Part shown: positions 1-10,000 of the stretch, piece after piece
How positions within the stretch are numbered: the first letter of the stretch is position 1
How the letters are laid out: the number at the start of each line of letters is the position of its first letter
Assembly (NCBI GenBank): GCA_045538555.1
Contig: JAZSRP010000036.1
Span: forward strand, 1,664 to 65,663
Reading direction: 5' to 3'
Origin: Eubacteriales bacterium
GTDB taxonomy: Bacteria; Bacillota; Clostridia; Oscillospirales; CAG-382
Length of the DNA stretch: 64,000 nucleotides
Position numbers and translations under genes: made by a program
The notes under the pieces: model-generated
The model's database searches: none
What the model was told of the DNA's origin: nothing
What the model saw: only the letters and a program-made list of their open reading frames with translations

Positions 1-762
1 CACCAAGCTGACTGTTTCGGGAGCAAGGTGCACAAAATCACAGATCAACTCACAATTGAGCCCGTCCTCTGTCAGTGCGGCACCCGGCAAACCCGTATCA
101 CGGTGTGAAAACCCGCGCATTGCGTTGAAAAGATGAGTCACTCGGGTTGCACCTTTTTTAAACGCTTCCATCGCCTGACCGTATGTAGCATTTGAGTGCC
201 CCATGGAAAGCGTCACACCCAGACGTGACGCGGCATCATAAAGGCAGGAAACATCCGGCCGCTCGGGAGCAAACGTCATTATTTTCAAAAGTCCGCCCGA
301 CGCCTCAAAAAAGCTCTGAAGAGTGGTTTCATCAGGCCCATAATCATGAAAAGTCATTGCACCGCAACGTTCACGCGATACAAAGGGACCCTCAATGTGA
401 ATTCCGCCAATCTTGGCGCCTACGTTTTTTTCGCTTTCAATTTTTATGTTTTTTAATGCATTTACAATATCTTTTTTTGGATTTGCACGGACGGTGGGGG
501 CAATTGTAGTGATTCCCTCCGATACAAGCCAGCGTCTTGCTTTTGAAAAATCACCGCTTGCCGAAGCAAATTCCACTCCGACTCCGCCGTGGATATGGGT
601 GTCGATGAACCCGGGGATCACATAGCAACCCGATGCATCAAAATCCTCACCGTCAGGAGGAAATACCCCAAACTGACTGATATTTCCGTTTTCGATCCGC
701 AGATCAAGCCGCTCAAATCTGTCGTTGGTTCCGTTGAGAACGATTCCGTTTCGGATCTGCAT
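1..762 (-). CDS. nagA: N-acetylglucosamine-6-phosphate deacetylase (partial, runs off window start)
   Basis: Not in the ORF track. Manual translation from ATG at 762 gives MQIRNG...PGFIDTHIHG...GIHIEGPF...MTFAPE...SMGHSNAT...THLFNAM...ICDFVHL, the amidohydrolase NagA motifs. Confidence 0.92.
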   Translation of the reverse strand, partial: MQIRNGIVLNGTNDRFERLDLRIENGNISQFGVFPPDGEDFDASGCYVIPGFIDTHIHGGVGVEFASASGDFSKARRWLVSEGITTIAPTVRANPKKDIVNALKNIKIESEKNVGAKIGGIHIEGPFVSRERCGAMTFHDYGPDETTLQSFFEASGGLLKIMTFAPERPDVSCLYDAASRLGVTLSMGHSNATYGQAMEAFKKGATRVTHLFNAMRGFSHRDTGLPGAALTEDGLNCELICDFVHLAPETVSLV

Positions 763-763
763 C

Positions 764-1633
764 TCACGCCTCCAGATCACAAAGCATTCGGATCAAATTC
801 TCTGTGCCTATTCCCACGCCCAGCATGGTCTCCTCCAGCCCTTCAAATTCAAGACTCACAAACCCGTCATAGCCCGCATTTTTGATCGCAGACAAAATTT
901 GGTACGTAGGCACATCCCCGTGGCCAAAAATAGCGCCTCGACGGAAATTTCCGCCTCTGGAACGGTTGTATCCCCTGCCGGGATTGTAGTTCATTCCGTT
1001 TTTTATATGAACATCTTTGGCGTGAACGTGAACGATAAAATCAAGAAGCGCAGAGGTTGCCGTTGCACAATCCTCGTCCACTGAGCCAAAGTTTCCGATA
1101 TCGCACAAAAAACCGTAATTCTTGTTATTGACCGCAACAAAAAGCTCCAGCATTCGGTTGCTGTCCTGCATCAGTCTGCCGTGGTTTTCGCTGCAGGTGA
1201 CAACGCCTCTGCTTTTTGCATAATCAGCAACCTGCGAGATATAAGGCGCCACTTTTTCGATGACTGCTTTGTAGCTTTTTACTCCATCGTACTCGGGATA
1301 ATAACCCCACGCCACATCGTGACGCAGAAGCGGGATCCCGCACTCGGATGCAATATCAATATGTGCTGCAAGACGTTCTACCTCTTTTTCAGGTTCGGGC
1401 GCAAAAAAGTTTGCACCGGTGGTATAAATTGGAGTTTCAAGCCCTATCTTTTTTGCATGCTCGGTCAATGCAAGGCAATATTCACGAGGGGTAAACCCCT
1501 GAGGAGCGTTGTCGTCAAGCACAAACTCAACGCCGTCACAACCAAGCTCTTTTGTTTTTGTTATTGCGTCAAAACGGGAAAAGTCTGTGCTGTACAAAGG
1601 ATGAAAACTATAAGTGCTGATACAACTTTTCAT
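764..1633 (-). CDS. Sugar phosphate isomerase/epimerase (xylose isomerase-like TIM barrel, IolE/AP endonuclease 2 family)
   Basis: GCDGVE, SENHG, LCDIGN, HVHAKD and GYDGFVSLEFE metal-binding pattern. Confidence 0.85.
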   Translation of the reverse strand: MKSCISTYSFHPLYSTDFSRFDAITKTKELGCDGVEFVLDDNAPQGFTPREYCLALTEHAKKIGLETPIYTTGANFFAPEPEKEVERLAAHIDIASECGIPLLRHDVAWGYYPEYDGVKSYKAVIEKVAPYISQVADYAKSRGVVTCSENHGRLMQDSNRMLELFVAVNNKNYGFLCDIGNFGSVDEDCATATSALLDFIVHVHAKDVHIKNGMNYNPGRGYNRSRGGNFRRGAIFGHGDVPTYQILSAIKNAGYDGFVSLEFEGLEETMLGVGIGTENLIRMLCDLEA

Positions 1634-1635
1634 TT

Positions 1636-2682
1636 TTATTCTCCCAATATGATTTCCCTTTTGCTCTCGGCAGAATCATATATCGCCTGAAGCATTCTCT
1701 GCATCGTCACTGCCTGAGAGATGGGGTATTTTGTTTCTTTTTTGTTGAGAACACAGTCCGCAAAATGAGTTATCTCAAGCAATATCTTGTCGTTGCGCGG
1801 ACAGACTGTGATAGAGTCCGTGCTGAGGTATCCGTTCCGCTCTCCAAAAATAACCAACGGCTCCACGGTTGCGCCCGCTTTTGTTCCGCACAGGAGTGTC
1901 TCGCTCTTTTCGGGCGCATTCAGCGCCCAGCTTGCCTCAAACAAAAGCACCGCACCGTTGTCAAAATGAATTGCACCTGCACCGGAATCCTCACAGTCAA
2001 ACCTGTTGTCGGGACAGGGAGTGCCCTGCCATCTGTCAACGCCCTTGGTCTGATAATCACCAATTCTTGAAAACACATTTGCGCTGACCCGAACAGGATT
2101 TGGAGTGCCCATAATATACCAAGCTGCATCTATACGGTGTACTCCGATATCAATGATAGGGCCGCCACCGGATGTTTTTTTGTCCGTAAACCAGCCCGAC
2201 GGTGTGCCTCTACGGCGAATGTTGGAGGTTTTTGCATAATATATATCGCCAAAATCACCTTTATCATACATATCACGCAGATACATATTTGCATACCCAA
2301 ACCTCGACGGAACAGCAAGCATAAATGTGACGCCAGAATCCAGGACGGCCGTTTCCATTTTCAGGGCTGAATCAAGGTCCATTGCCAGGGGTTTTTCGCA
2401 TAGGATATGCTTGCCTGCTCTTGCCGCAGCCTCGCAAATGGGAGCATGAGTGTTGTTCCATGTGCAGATATCCACGGCATCAATATCACATTTCTCAAGC
2501 ATTTCCTCTACAGACGAAAACACGTTTTTTATGCCAAACGCTTCTGCAGTGCGCTTTGCTCGCTCAAGATCAATGTCCGCAATTGCCTCGGGATAGGCAT
2601 TCTCACACTGCATATATGCAGGCAGATGACCATGATTGGCAATGTTTCCGGCACCGACTATGCCCATTCTCAGTTTTTCCAT
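1636..2682 (-). CDS. Gfo/Idh/MocA family NAD(P)-dependent oxidoreductase
   Basis: GIVGAGNIA Rossmann motif, HILCEKPLA, GGGPIIDIGVH. Confidence 0.92.
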   Translation of the reverse strand: MEKLRMGIVGAGNIANHGHLPAYMQCENAYPEAIADIDLERAKRTAEAFGIKNVFSSVEEMLEKCDIDAVDICTWNNTHAPICEAAARAGKHILCEKPLAMDLDSALKMETAVLDSGVTFMLAVPSRFGYANMYLRDMYDKGDFGDIYYAKTSNIRRRGTPSGWFTDKKTSGGGPIIDIGVHRIDAAWYIMGTPNPVRVSANVFSRIGDYQTKGVDRWQGTPCPDNRFDCEDSGAGAIHFDNGAVLLFEASWALNAPEKSETLLCGTKAGATVEPLVIFGERNGYLSTDSITVCPRNDKILLEITHFADCVLNKKETKYPISQAVTMQRMLQAIYDSAESKREIILGE

Positions 2683-2721
2683 CCTTTGTTCCCCCTTTGA
2701 TATTGATTTGCTCTTGATTAC

Positions 2722-2750
2722 TGTATATCACATTCCGACATTATTGTCAA
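2722..2750 (-). promoter_or_regulatory. Putative sigma-A promoter of the oxidoreductase-epimerase-nagA operon
   Basis: TTGACA-17nt-TATACA with TG extended -10 on the minus strand. Confidence 0.5.
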
Positions 2751-2752
2751 TC

Positions 2753-2782
2753 AAAAAAGCCCTCAGCAAAACACTGGGGGCT
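2753..2782 (-). terminator. Intrinsic terminator after the CBS gene
   Basis: AGCCCCCAG/CTGAGGGCT stem followed by a T-run on the minus strand. Confidence 0.6.
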
Positions 2783-2791
2783 AAAGTTTTT

Positions 2792-3220
2792 TTATTTGTA
2801 CATTTCGGGATCGGGCTCATCAAAATACCTGTCACAAAAGAATTTCATGACATCTTTTCTTGTGACAATGCCCACAAAAACTCCCCTGTCGTCAACAACC
2901 GGAACAAAGTTTTGTTCCGTCATTCGCAAAAACAGGCGCTCCACTCTTTCCGAAACGTTGACAGCAGGGTTCCAGTCCTTGCGGACGATATCATCGATCT
3001 TGATTTTTTCCAGCAAGCGAACGTCGGGCTCGTTCAGCGCCATAACGCTTTTTAAAAAATCTCCCTCGGTGACTGTTCCAACGTATTTTCCGCTGCGGGA
3101 TATGACGGGAATGGCGCGGTATCCGTGATAAAAAAGCTTTTCAAGCCCTTGGCGAACAGTGGAATCACTGTCAAGACAGGCAACGTTGCTTTTTGGAGTG
3201 AGAAAGCGCAATATATTCAT
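2792..3220 (-). CDS. CBS domain pair protein (YkuL-like)
   Basis: Tandem CBS motifs YRAIPVI...YVGTVTEGD and FVPVVDDRGVFVGIVTRKD. Confidence 0.88.
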   Translation of the reverse strand: MNILRFLTPKSNVACLDSDSTVRQGLEKLFYHGYRAIPVISRSGKYVGTVTEGDFLKSVMALNEPDVRLLEKIKIDDIVRKDWNPAVNVSERVERLFLRMTEQNFVPVVDDRGVFVGIVTRKDVMKFFCDRYFDEPDPEMYK

Positions 3221-3329
3221 AAAACCACATACTCCGTATATTGTTCATTGTGATCGTATTGTATCACAAAAAATAAAAGGATTGGAGAACAGTGCAAAAC
3301 TTTTTGATAAATTTTTTATTAAGTTTCGC

Positions 3330-3357
3330 AAAAAAATCCCGCCCCGAAAGGCGGGAT
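3330..3357 (-). terminator. Intrinsic terminator after the M23 peptidase gene
   Basis: ATCCCGCC stem-loop followed by T7 on the minus strand. Confidence 0.75.
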
Positions 3358-3367
3358 AATTGAATGC

Positions 3368-4483
3368 TTATTTGCCGTAGCTGACAAACAAAAGGGGATC
3401 AACGTGGACACCGTCGACGATCACCTCAAAATGGAGATGATAACCGGTTGAACTACCCGTGGTGCCGATATGACCGACCATGTCGCCTTTTTTTATGATC
3501 TGACCCTCAGTACAGGTGAGATCCATCATATGTGCATAAAGAGTCTCGATGCCGTTGCCGTGGTCAATAATGACGCAGTTGCCGTAACCGCCGTAAGTGC
3601 CGGAAAATTTGACGATACCATCGCCGGCGGCAAGAACAGGATCGCCCTTGCAACTTCTGCCATCTGCTACGATATCAAGTCCTTTGTGGAGACGGCCCCA
3701 GCGAGCGCCAAAATACGATGAGATGATGCCGTCATAGGGCTTGTCAAAAAGTCCTGCGGAGAGCGTCACCTTTTCCGGGATCTTGGTGCCGACCTTGATG
3801 ACCTTGTCCACCTTTTCGGTGACAACAACGCTGCTGACCAGCACACGCTCAATCTCAACGCCGTCGCGGTAGATCACCTGATAGGTATCCACACCCTCGC
3901 CGTCAACACCTGATGTAATCACCTTGGTGGTGCCGTCACGCAGCGAATCGGTATAGATCTTTTTAACATTGTGAACCAAAACGACCTCCTCGGTAACGGT
4001 CTCAACAGAAACCACACCAAAGGTGACGTTTTGAATAGTGCTGTTGTAATCGGTAACGTACTCACCCACGTTTTTCTTGCCGTCAAAGTCAAGCATATCG
4101 CAAAGACCGTTGATATCGGTAAAGAACTTGGGCTCATATGCACCCTCAAGGATCTCAATTTCATTGGAGAGCGCACGGGTGGTACCGGGAGCAATACCCA
4201 ACGCCTCTGATTTTGCATACAGGATACCGTCGAGAACCGATTCAATATCCCCCTTGTCCTCAAGGCAGGCAATGAATGATCCGTCAACATAAAGCGCGTA
4301 TCCATCCTGCTCAGCGGGCTGTACGGGTGCAGGAGTGCTCACCTCAGGTACTGAGGTATCGGACTCTGACACGTTGCCGCCAAACAGCACAACACAGGAA
4401 AAAGCAAGTACAAAAACCAAAACGGCTATGATGTACGCTCTGTATTTTGATATAAAATTGTTGGCTTTTGAAAGGTAAATCAA
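3368..4483 (-). CDS. Membrane-anchored M23 peptidoglycan endopeptidase with G5 domain
   Basis: N-terminal TM helix, G5 repeat (GVDG...VIKVGTK), HKGLD and HLHFEV zinc motifs. Confidence 0.9.
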   Translation of the reverse strand: MIYLSKANNFISKYRAYIIAVLVFVLAFSCVVLFGGNVSESDTSVPEVSTPAPVQPAEQDGYALYVDGSFIACLEDKGDIESVLDGILYAKSEALGIAPGTTRALSNEIEILEGAYEPKFFTDINGLCDMLDFDGKKNVGEYVTDYNSTIQNVTFGVVSVETVTEEVVLVHNVKKIYTDSLRDGTTKVITSGVDGEGVDTYQVIYRDGVEIERVLVSSVVVTEKVDKVIKVGTKIPEKVTLSAGLFDKPYDGIISSYFGARWGRLHKGLDIVADGRSCKGDPVLAAGDGIVKFSGTYGGYGNCVIIDHGNGIETLYAHMMDLTCTEGQIIKKGDMVGHIGTTGSSTGYHLHFEVIVDGVHVDPLLFVSYGK

Positions 4484-4654
4484 TACATTGACCTCCGTTT
4501 AAAACTTCCAATCATTTTACATAATATACCACAAACGTGAACAAAATATGACGCAATTTTAAACTTTTGTGAACAAGGGCTCACCAACTAAATTATAGCA
4601 CATTATTTTCCTTTTTTCAAGAGCGTGTTTGTTTGGGTTTTTCACAAAAATGTA

Positions 4655-4683
4655 TTGAAAATACAGATGGTGAGTTGTATAAT
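4655..4683 (+). promoter_or_regulatory. Sigma-A promoter of the ilvE operon
   Basis: TTGAAA-17nt-TATAAT. Confidence 0.7.
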
Positions 4684-4722
4684 ATATATGTAATTTTCTG
4701 CCACAAGAAAGGAATGATAATA

Positions 4723-5787
4723 ATGCAGATCACAAAAACACTCACAACCACACCCAAGGCAAAGCCACAGGGTCCTCTTGGGTTTGGAAAAATTTTTACC
4801 GACCATATGTTTATTATGGATTATTCCACAGAGCTGGGATGGCATGATGCAAGAATTGTACCCTACGGAGAGATTTCCCTCTCCCCCGCCGCCATGGTGT
4901 TCCACTACGGTCAGGAAATGTTTGAGGGCATGAAAGCATACCGTGCCGCCGACGGCAGAGTACTTCTGTTCCGCCCCCAGAAAAACATTGAGCGCATGAA
5001 CAACACCAACGAGCGTATGTGTATCCCTAAGGTTGACCCCGATTTTGTACTGGAAGCACTCAGCCAGCTGATCATGGTGGATCAGGATTGGATCCCCACT
5101 GAGCCGGGCACTTCTCTCTACATTCGTCCCTTTATCATCGCCACCGATCCTTTCCTTGGGGTTCACCCCTCTAAGACTTACAAATTTATGATCATCCTCT
5201 CACCTGTCGGTTCCTACTACGCAGGCGGACTGGCTCCCGTGAAGATCTGTGTTGAAGACGAGTATGTTCGTGCTGTCAAGGGCGGCACCGGTTACGCAAA
5301 AGTGGGCGGAAACTACGCTGCTTCTCTCATCGGTCAGCAAAAAGCCGAAGAAAAGGGATACGCTCAGGTTCTCTGGCTTGATGGTATCGAGCACAAATAT
5401 ATTGACGAAGTAGGCGCAATGAACGTTTTCTTTGTTATTGACGGAAAGGTAATCACCCCCATGCTGGAGGGCAATATTCTCCCCGGCGTTACAAGAGATT
5501 CTGCAATCAATTTCCTCAGAGCAAAGGGATACGAGGTGGAAGAGAGACGTATCTCTGTTGACCAGGTCTACGAGGCAGGCCAAAACGGCACGCTGGAAGA
5601 AATGTTTGGCACCGGCACTGCCGCTGTCATCTCCCCTGTGGGACTTCTTGACTGGCACGGAAAAATGCTCACCATCAACAACGGTGAGATCGGAAAAATC
5701 TCTGCTATGCTCTATGATGAGCTGACAGGTATCCAATTCGGAAGCAAGAAAGATGAGTTTGGATGGAGCTACGAAATAAAAAAATAA
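4723..5787 (+). CDS. ilvE: Branched-chain amino acid aminotransferase
   Basis: FGKIFTDHM, HYGQEMFEGMKA, AKVGGNYA (PLP lysine), ILPGVTR, GTAAVISP. Start moved to the ATG at 4723 behind an AAAGGA RBS. Confidence 0.95.
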   Translation: MQITKTLTTTPKAKPQGPLGFGKIFTDHMFIMDYSTELGWHDARIVPYGEISLSPAAMVFHYGQEMFEGMKAYRAADGRVLLFRPQKNIERMNNTNERMCIPKVDPDFVLEALSQLIMVDQDWIPTEPGTSLYIRPFIIATDPFLGVHPSKTYKFMIILSPVGSYYAGGLAPVKICVEDEYVRAVKGGTGYAKVGGNYAASLIGQQKAEEKGYAQVLWLDGIEHKYIDEVGAMNVFFVIDGKVITPMLEGNILPGVTRDSAINFLRAKGYEVEERRISVDQVYEAGQNGTLEEMFGTGTAAVISPVGLLDWHGKMLTINNGEIGKISAMLYDELTGIQFGSKKDEFGWSYEIKK

Positions 5788-7007
5788 CTCCCAAAAATGA
5801 AGTTGTTGACCGCGCGTCGGTCATTGATGGTACTCCCTGCCCCGCAGACAACTCCTGCGGGGAAGAGTCCAATCCTACAAAAAAGAAAAACAACATTTTT
5901 GTCCGCATAAAAAACAGCGGTTTTTTTGACGGATATATCGGTGTGTTTTTTTGGATTCTCTTAGCATCGGGGATTGTATATATTCTTTCACGATATATTG
6001 CCCCTTTTGCGGAGTTTTGGTCACGGTATCCCGCGCATGGGATCAGGTTTTTGATGGCAAAGCTGACAGGATGGTTTCCGTTCTCCCTTGCAGAGGCGGC
6101 AATCGTTTCACTTCCCGTTGTTGCCATCGGGTATATTGCCATTTCAACTTATTCCACCGGCAAAGACGACAGTGACAAAAACTTTTTCAAATGGACCAGA
6201 CCTCTTGTTGCCGCCATAATGTCGGTTTTGATCCTTTTTTTTGCAGGATTTGGCACTTCATACGGCAGATACGGGCTGGACAAGAACCTGGGTATAAAAA
6301 GAAGTCCCATATCCGCCCAGCAGCTCTTTGACACTGCAGCGACGGTTGCTCAGATGATGTCAAAAGAGATTGACCGGATTGATTTTGTCTACAACGGCGA
6401 GTCTGTGATGCCCTACGGTTACGATGAGCTGAAGAAAAAGGTCAACACGGCTTTTCAAAACTATGCGGAAAGTGTGGACTTTTTGTCTCATTTTGACTCA
6501 AACCCAAAAGCCATTGCCCTCTCCGAGCCGATGACCTACACACACATCTCGGGTGTATATACTTTTATGACAGGCGAAGCAAACATCAATACCAACTATC
6601 CGGATTTTTTGCTTCCATATACCATGGCTCACGAGATGGCGCATCAGCGTGGTATTGCACGCGAGGATGAAGCAAATTTTGTTGCTTTTCTGGTGTGCTG
6701 CGCCAGCGACGATGCTTATATCAGATACTGCGGATACGCAAATTTGTTTGATTATCTCAAGGACGCTCTTTACAAAGCGGACAAAAATCTCTACTCACTG
6801 TTGATGAACAATCTTGCCCCAAAGCAGGTGATTGCAGAATACCGCTCTTTCTCGCTGTTTTTTGACAAATACAGAGAGAGCACTGCTTCAAACGTCACCG
6901 GAACCGTCAACAACGCCTTTTTGCAATCACAAGGTCAGTCTGCGGGCATCCAAAGTTACGGGCTGGTCGTAGACCTTGCGGTAGCGTATTTTGAAAATCA
7001 AAAATAA
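5763..7007 (+). CDS. DUF3810 family membrane protein, putative zinc metallopeptidase
   Basis: 3 N-terminal TM segments, SGVYTFMTGEANIN, AHEMAHQRGIAREDEANF (HExxH...E). Overlaps the ilvE 3' end, so the start is uncertain. Confidence 0.8.
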   Translation: MELRNKKITPKNEVVDRASVIDGTPCPADNSCGEESNPTKKKNNIFVRIKNSGFFDGYIGVFFWILLASGIVYILSRYIAPFAEFWSRYPAHGIRFLMAKLTGWFPFSLAEAAIVSLPVVAIGYIAISTYSTGKDDSDKNFFKWTRPLVAAIMSVLILFFAGFGTSYGRYGLDKNLGIKRSPISAQQLFDTAATVAQMMSKEIDRIDFVYNGESVMPYGYDELKKKVNTAFQNYAESVDFLSHFDSNPKAIALSEPMTYTHISGVYTFMTGEANINTNYPDFLLPYTMAHEMAHQRGIAREDEANFVAFLVCCASDDAYIRYCGYANLFDYLKDALYKADKNLYSLLMNNLAPKQVIAEYRSFSLFFDKYRESTASNVTGTVNNAFLQSQGQSAGIQSYGLVVDLAVAYFENQK

Positions 7008-7021
7008 AGGATGATTTTGAA

Positions 7022-10000
7022 ATGAAAAAAATTGCTTTATTTCTGACTCTTTGCATTCTTCTTTGCTGTTTTGCCTCCTGTGCCAATGAAACACAAGATG
7101 TTTCCTCCACAGACAGCACTGTCTCAGGAGACATCTCCACAGAGGAAGTGAAAGACAACATTCAGTACGAAACTATTGTTTCGACCGGCAAGACCTATAC
7201 CTACGAAACAAAAACTCCCGACGGTAAGTATCCCGATTCTTACAACAGCGAGCTGACAGACGGAGTTTTTGGTGAATCAGTTGATTATTCCAACGAGACG
7301 TTTTCGGGCATTGCCCCCGCCGGCGGACTCATCACCATCGTCATGGATCTCGGCGAGGACAGTAAGAGATTGTACAAGTTTGGCGTCAGCTTTCTCGCTT
7401 CTACAGAGGCGGGTGTGGGCGGACTGGGAACAAGCAGTGTTACGGTTTCCAACGACGGCGAAAAATGGCAACGCATGGGATATTTCAAGGCCCCTGCATT
7501 TGAAGAAGGCACCGTACAGCAGGCATGGGTAGAAAGTGAATCTGTTGTGGAAGCAAGATACGTCAGATTCCAGCTTCGTGCAGCTTCCGCATGGCTCATG
7601 CTTGACGAGCTGTTTGTTATTGCAGACGTTGCCGGAAATCAGGCAATGGCAATTTATTTTGAAAAGCTTGCTGCATCTTATACAAGCTCTACGCTCTCCG
7701 ACAGCGACATCAACCTCCCTGACGGCGAGCCGGTAGACCGCACTCTCAACAAGTACAGTGCTTCCATCGGACGCAAGTATTCTGTTTCCCGCTCTCCCTC
7801 TGCAAAGTATCCCGGAACCGACGGTATTCTCACCGACGGTATCGGCGTTGGCGCTAGCTACAATGCCGACAACTGGGTGGGATGGGACGGCGGAGATGAG
7901 CTGGTGATCGACCTGCCAATCGGTGTAACAAACCACAACGTTTCGGAGCTGGAGCTGTCTATGCTCTGTCAGCCCGCACTGGGTATCATGCTTCCGTACT
8001 ACGTTGATTTTTATATTTCCACCGACAACTCTACTTTTGTTCAGGTTGGCAGAGTTTTTGCTCCCAACGATCCCACTGTCACAAACTTTACGTACGCATT
8101 GCGTTTTGATAAATGCGTATCAGCAAAATACGTAAGATTTGTTTGTGCCGCAACGGAATGCAAGTATTATTTTGCAGAGGAAATGAACGTTTTCTACTAC
8201 GCAGCCGAAAATGTTTCAAAACCTCTCTACGACAAAGTCGTGTTTGATGAAGTCTCCGACAAGGTATACAAATCAAGCGGATCCACCTCTACAAAGAACC
8301 TTGCAAAAGGACTTCCCTATCAGATTTCTTCCGTTGAGGCACTTTTGTCCATCAACGAGAGTCAGCACAACACGCCGGCTTCTACCGGAAACCTCACCGA
8401 CGGAAAGGTCACAAGCTCCACCAACTATACTGACCCTGCTTGGCTCAAAACAAGAAGCGGCGTTGGCAGAAACATATTCTTTGATCTGGGATATCAGGCG
8501 TCCATATCAGGTTTTGAAATAAACTTTTTGAAAAATATTCCTGTTGGAATCTCTTTGCCCGGCACCGTATCCCTGTACCTCTCTGATGACGGAATCAGCT
8601 GGTATAATGCATGTCAGGTGTATGTACCTCAGCTTGAAACCGATCTTGGCATATCTGTTGCAAAAGGACAGCTCCAAACTCCCGTTGAAGCACGGTTTGC
8701 ACGTGTGAGCTTTACGGTGGCACCTCATACCTATGTCAGCGAGATCGAGATTCTCGGCTCCGAAAAGATCTCCTCAAAAACTATCGCGCTTGACGAGCTC
8801 AACGTGTTCCCCGAGGTCACAGGAAAGTTCACTGCCCCCTCCGATCAGCTTTTGGGCGGTGCAAAAGACATTGTTCTTGCCTACCTTTCAAAGCTAAACA
8901 AGATGGACAAGGATTTCTTCAAACCATACGTTGCATATCTTGACAAGGACGGAAACATCAAGGACACCCTCTTTGACGGATTTTTGTTCCTCCCTCAAGG
9001 CAGCGGATATCTTCCCAACGGTGTGGCACACGATGATCCACAAAAACCAAACAACGCTGCTGACTGGAAGTTCCTCGTGGAGCAGATGTTTGTAAAGGAC
9101 GAAAATTTTGATGCACTTGATCAAGCAACTGCTGAAGTAAAGCAAGCGTTGGGGCTCAATGATTATAAAGTGAAGGTTTATCCTACCATATGCTATATTT
9201 CCACAAGCGTTTCCAATTTTGGCGACATTGACGGCGATGGAGTTGACGAGGATCTGTCCTCTATCGAAGGCGTTGAAAAAGTTGTCGCCTGGTATATGGA
9301 TCAGGTCATCACAAAATTTGATCAAGCGGGATACCAAAACATTGAGCTTGCCGGTTTTTATTGGTTCCACGAGGCGATCAATCAGGAATCCAGTGATTTT
9401 GAAGTGATCAACCTCTGCTCTGATCAGGCGGAGGCAAGAGGATTCCAGCTTTTCTGGATCCCCTACTTCCACGCAAGCGGTTTTTCACAGTGGAGCAACT
9501 ATGGGTTCTCTGTGGCGTGTATGCAGCCCAACTATGCGTTTGATGCCGCAGTTGATGTCAACAGAATAGATACTGCAATTTCCAGTATTTTGCAATACGG
9601 AATGGGCGTTGAGATAGAGATCAGCTCTCAATCACTGAGCGACAAGCATTTCTTCAAAAAATATATGAACTATCTCTCGTACGGTATCAAATACGGCTAC
9701 ATGACAGACAGTATACATATGTATTATGCCGGCCTAACCGACTACTATGATGCTTGTTATCACAAAACTGCCATGGGACGCGCTATCTATGACAAGACAT
9801 ATGAGTTTATCAAAGGAACTCTGGGTGAATCTCTCCCTGTTTCCTCGGCCATCTCACTGAGCACTGCACAGGATACGCCGGCAACAACGCAACTGTTTGA
9901 GAAAACAAATGAGTTTGTATCCGGCAGAATCGCAGTGTCTCCCAAGCACGGTACAGCTACCATCAACCCCGATGGTACGTTCACTTATTACCCCAACAAA

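Noticed and set aside
4484-4722. Possible c-di-AMP riboswitch (M23 gene) or T-box (ilvE)
   Set aside because: No consensus elements are seen, and the predicted promoters lie within about 40 nt of the start codons.
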